From assembly GCA_050331235.1 (NCBI GenBank), contig JBHJHA010000073.1, forward strand, positions 1 through 20,437: 20,437 bases of DNA. The letters are read 5' to 3'. Within the stretch, counting starts at the first letter, position 1. Every line of letters starts with the position of its first letter. The notes under the pieces were generated by a model. It was not told the DNA's origin and ran no database searches. It saw nothing but the letters and a program-made list of their open reading frames with translations. The position numbers were made by a program, and so were the translations under genes. Shown piece by piece: positions 18,027 to 20,437 of this stretch. Source of the DNA: Leptolyngbyaceae cyanobacterium (GTDB lineage Bacteria; Cyanobacteriota; Cyanobacteriia; Phormidesmidales; Phormidesmidaceae).

Positions 18027-19979
18027 CTATCTCACCTCAAATCGCAATGTGAACTCAGAGTCGGCATTTGCCGTCACGTCAATGGCATAATCGCCGCCAA
18101 CTGGAGCCGGCTCCTCCCAAAGTTGAACGGAGTTGGCCAGTGCATCTCCGCTAGGCAAGCTAACACTAAATGTAGTCGGGGCAGTGGCGCTATCTACGGA
18201 AACCTGTAGCACCTCACCCTCTTGCAAGTTAATAACATAGCGACGGAGCCGGCCCGGCCCCGCGCTGTTGGCGACCAGGATGCTGTCCTGTCCTGCTGGA
18301 AAGCGTATCCGTTGCTCTGAGATGACTTCCGGTTCATCGGGTGTTTCAGGTCCTTCCGGTTCTGGAGGACGCTCTGGGGTCTCAGGATCAGTGGGGCTAC
18401 CCGGTGACTCAGGATCGGTGGGAGCTTCGGGATCGCGATCTTCCGATAGTGCCACTTCTAGCGCATAGGCTGCCTGCTCAACGCCCTCAACGGGGCTCAA
18501 CTGCACGGTATATTCGCCGGTGAAATCTAGGGTCCCTGTCCAGCCTAAGACACGACGGGCTTGATCATCGGGCGGGTTGCCGTTGGGAGCCAAAACTGTC
18601 ATCAAAATCCCTTCGCCGTCTAGCTGAGCTAGCAAGGTTTCCCCCTGGCGACCATTGACGCGGTAATTCACGGTTTCGTTTGATTTGAGACTCCCCTCTA
18701 CAGTGGTGGACTCTCCCGTACGAATGCCTAAAGCCTGACTGTATTCGACTGGTTCCGGTTCGGGCTCTGGGGTCGGTTCCGGTTCGGGCTCTGGGGTTGT
18801 GGTTGGTTGCTCCGGGTCAATCGTGATCGGTGGAACGTCGGTCTCGGGCGGTTGTTCTGGGCGGTTGAGAGCTGTGACCAAACCCCAGCCGCCGAGTCCT
18901 GCGACGAGGGCAAGACCGAGGGCCAATGCTCCGACAGCGAGGGGATTTTCCCAAATGGACCCTTCGTCGTCGTCTAAGACTGATGGCAGGGGCGATCGCT
19001 GGGTTTGGGAGTTCTGGGGACCTGCCATCGTGGTCGCTTTGTAGGGGCGACCCACGGCGACAGTACGCATTTGGGAAGTGGGGGCCGCAGGGCGAGGCGG
19101 CTGGGGACTGTAGGGCGGTGGAGCAGTTCTCGCGCCAACGGTACCAGCGGCACCTAACGCCTGGGCCATTTCGCTAACTGTTTGATAGCGATCGCCTGGT
19201 CGATAGCTCGTCGCTTTGTCCAACACTTGCGCTAAGCCGGGGCTAACGTTGGCGTACTGGTGCCAGTGCCAGGCCAGATTGACATCATCAAAAATATCCT
19301 GGGGCTCGCGACCACTGAGGAGCACAATGGCCGTTACGGCGAGGGCATATAGATCACTACTGGGGTAGGCCCGGCCAGACTGCATTTGCTCGCTGGGGGC
19401 ATAGCCGGGTTTGCCGACTGTTGTGGCGTGGTGGGTAGTCGTTGCCATTTGGACTCGGGTAACCACCTCTTTGACCACACCAAAGTCGATGAGTACCGGC
19501 AAGCGATCGCGGTTACGCAGCAGGATGTTGTCGGGACTGATGTCGCGGTGGATAATGCCCTTGGCATGAATGTGGGCCAAGACCGGCAGTATTTGCTGAA
19601 GAAACTGCCGCACCTCCGCTTCGGAGAAGGTGATGTTTTGCAAACGGCGATCGTTGAGCAAATCGCGGTAGGACGGTCCTTCAACGTAATCTTGGACGAG
19701 AAAAAGACGTCCTTCCACCTCGAACGTAGCGCGAAATTGCGGGATTTGTGGATGCTGAATTTGATAAAGAATGGCGGCTTCCCGCTGGAATAGCTCGGTG
19801 GATTTGCTAGAGAAATGGTCCTCATCCTGCTGGGGCAAAAACTCCTTGACCGCACAGGGCTCATTAAACCGACCAGTATCTTCGGCCAGGTAAGTCCGGC
19901 CAAAACCGCCCTGCCCGAGCAGCTTAGCGATTTTGTATCGAGACTGGAGTACGGTGCCAAAGGGGAGCGGGGGATACAT
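18027..19979 (-). CDS. Hanks-type membrane Ser/Thr protein kinase with two PPC-like C-terminal domains
   Basis: LGQGGFGRTY, AVKE, IHRDISPDN, IDFG, GYAPSEQ and SDLYAL motifs; one TM helix (LAVGALALGLALVAGLGGWGLV); Pro/Glu linkers; two beta-rich C-terminal modules. Confidence 0.93.
   Translation of the reverse strand: MYPPLPFGTVLQSRYKIAKLLGQGGFGRTYLAEDTGRFNEPCAVKEFLPQQDEDHFSSKSTELFQREAAILYQIQHPQIPQFRATFEVEGRLFLVQDYVEGPSYRDLLNDRRLQNITFSEAEVRQFLQQILPVLAHIHAKGIIHRDISPDNILLRNRDRLPVLIDFGVVKEVVTRVQMATTTHHATTVGKPGYAPSEQMQSGRAYPSSDLYALAVTAIVLLSGREPQDIFDDVNLAWHWHQYANVSPGLAQVLDKATSYRPGDRYQTVSEMAQALGAAGTVGARTAPPPYSPQPPRPAAPTSQMRTVAVGRPYKATTMAGPQNSQTQRSPLPSVLDDDEGSIWENPLAVGALALGLALVAGLGGWGLVTALNRPEQPPETDVPPITIDPEQPTTTPEPEPEPTPEPEPEPVEYSQALGIRTGESTTVEGSLKSNETVNYRVNGRQGETLLAQLDGEGILMTVLAPNGNPPDDQARRVLGWTGTLDFTGEYTVQLSPVEGVEQAAYALEVALSEDRDPEAPTDPESPGSPTDPETPERPPEPEGPETPDEPEVISEQRIRFPAGQDSILVANSAGPGRLRRYVINLQEGEVLQVSVDSATAPTTFSVSLPSGDALANSVQLWEEPAPVGGDYAIDVTANADSEFTLRFEVR
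18751..18797. repeat. In-frame tandem repeat with a 24-bp period, encoding TPEPEPEP x2 in the kinase linker
   Basis: GGTTCCGGTTCGGGCTCTGGGGT occurs at 18751-18773 and 18775-18797. Confidence 0.9.
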
Positions 19980-20086
19980 AAACCAACTTCGCTGGACTCA
20001 ACCACGGGCAAGCCTACCCCAATTACAGTAGCTTGCCGCCTGAATTTAATGATCTTAGAGTGTGCCGATTCCCTTCGACAGCAATT

Positions 20087-20267
20087 TATACCGATTTTTC
20101 GGGTTAATACTACAGATGCTAGAAAGGGTATGAAGCATTGGGTAGGAACCGTGTCAGGCGTCTATCACCTTGAGATCACAGAAAGTGAAGAAGACCTCAA
20201 ACTGCTTTTGAGGCAGCGAAAAAGCGCCACAGACAGAGATCACGTTCACCTGCTGTATCTCTTAAAA
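20087..20267 (+). mobile_element. IS630-family remnant: putative left end plus about the first 39 codons of the transposase
   Basis: GTG 20151 reads MSGVYHLEITESEEDLKLLLRQRKSATDRDHVHLLYLLK, resembling N-termini of cyanobacterial IS630-family HTH transposases. TATACC at 20087 is a plausible TA-target left end (less certain). Confidence 0.7.
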
Positions 20268-20437
20268 AGGTGGATAATCAGTGACGCGAAAGTCAGCCCA
20301 TACCAGTTCATGCTACTTTGCTCAAAGCCATACTCCACCCAGTTTCTGAGGCCATATAGGTCACCGACTTGTTGGTAAGAAATGTCATTGACCCAAGTCA
20401 TCACCATCCAGGTCGAGGCCGACGAGAGAGTGGCGGT
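20268..20437 (-). pseudogene. IS701-family transposase fragment, frameshifted and 3' truncated
   Basis: Minus-strand translation ...STWMVMTWVNDISYQQVGDLYGLRNWVEYGFEQS, then after a 1-nt shift HELVWADFRVTDYP. This matches the YGLR.W.EYG.KQ.K.ELGWADFR.T.Y motif of cyanobacterial IS701-family transposases. Confidence 0.75.

Noticed and set aside
19334..20011. 225-aa alternative-frame ORF over the kinase domain
   Set aside because: Same-strand shadow frame, Ser/Pro/Arg-rich, with no recognisable motif.
19815..20378. 187-aa plus-strand ORF in the track
   Set aside because: A composite of kinase antisense, intergenic DNA, the IS630 fragment and IS701 antisense; not a coherent protein.

Overview
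Mostly core-genome window from a cyanobacterium. The evidence is NDH-1 subunit H, a cyanobacterial-type pds-crtB pair and about 20 copies of the HIP1 octamer GCGATCGC. Gene order: 3' end of an IS1-family element; ndhH (-); rsmH (+); REC-GAF-SpoIIE/PP2C phosphatase translationally coupled to an RsbW-like anti-sigma kinase (+); VanX-type D-Ala-D-Ala dipeptidase, crtB, pds (-); glyA, MraY/WecA-family transferase, 8-oxoguanine-deaminase-like amidohydrolase, TPR protein (+); PRC-barrel protein, M48 peptidase, bioD, membrane Ser/Thr kinase (-); then fused IS630- and IS701-family remnants. I find no clearly novel multi-gene system. The best leads are a partner-switching pair lacking a local STAS partner, several unannotated structured intergenic segments (one with mutually exclusive folds after glyA, one ahead of the purine deaminase), HIP1-built 3' hairpins, and a chimeric IS junction. 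Protein calls come from motif recognition and all folds were paired by eye; no searches were run.
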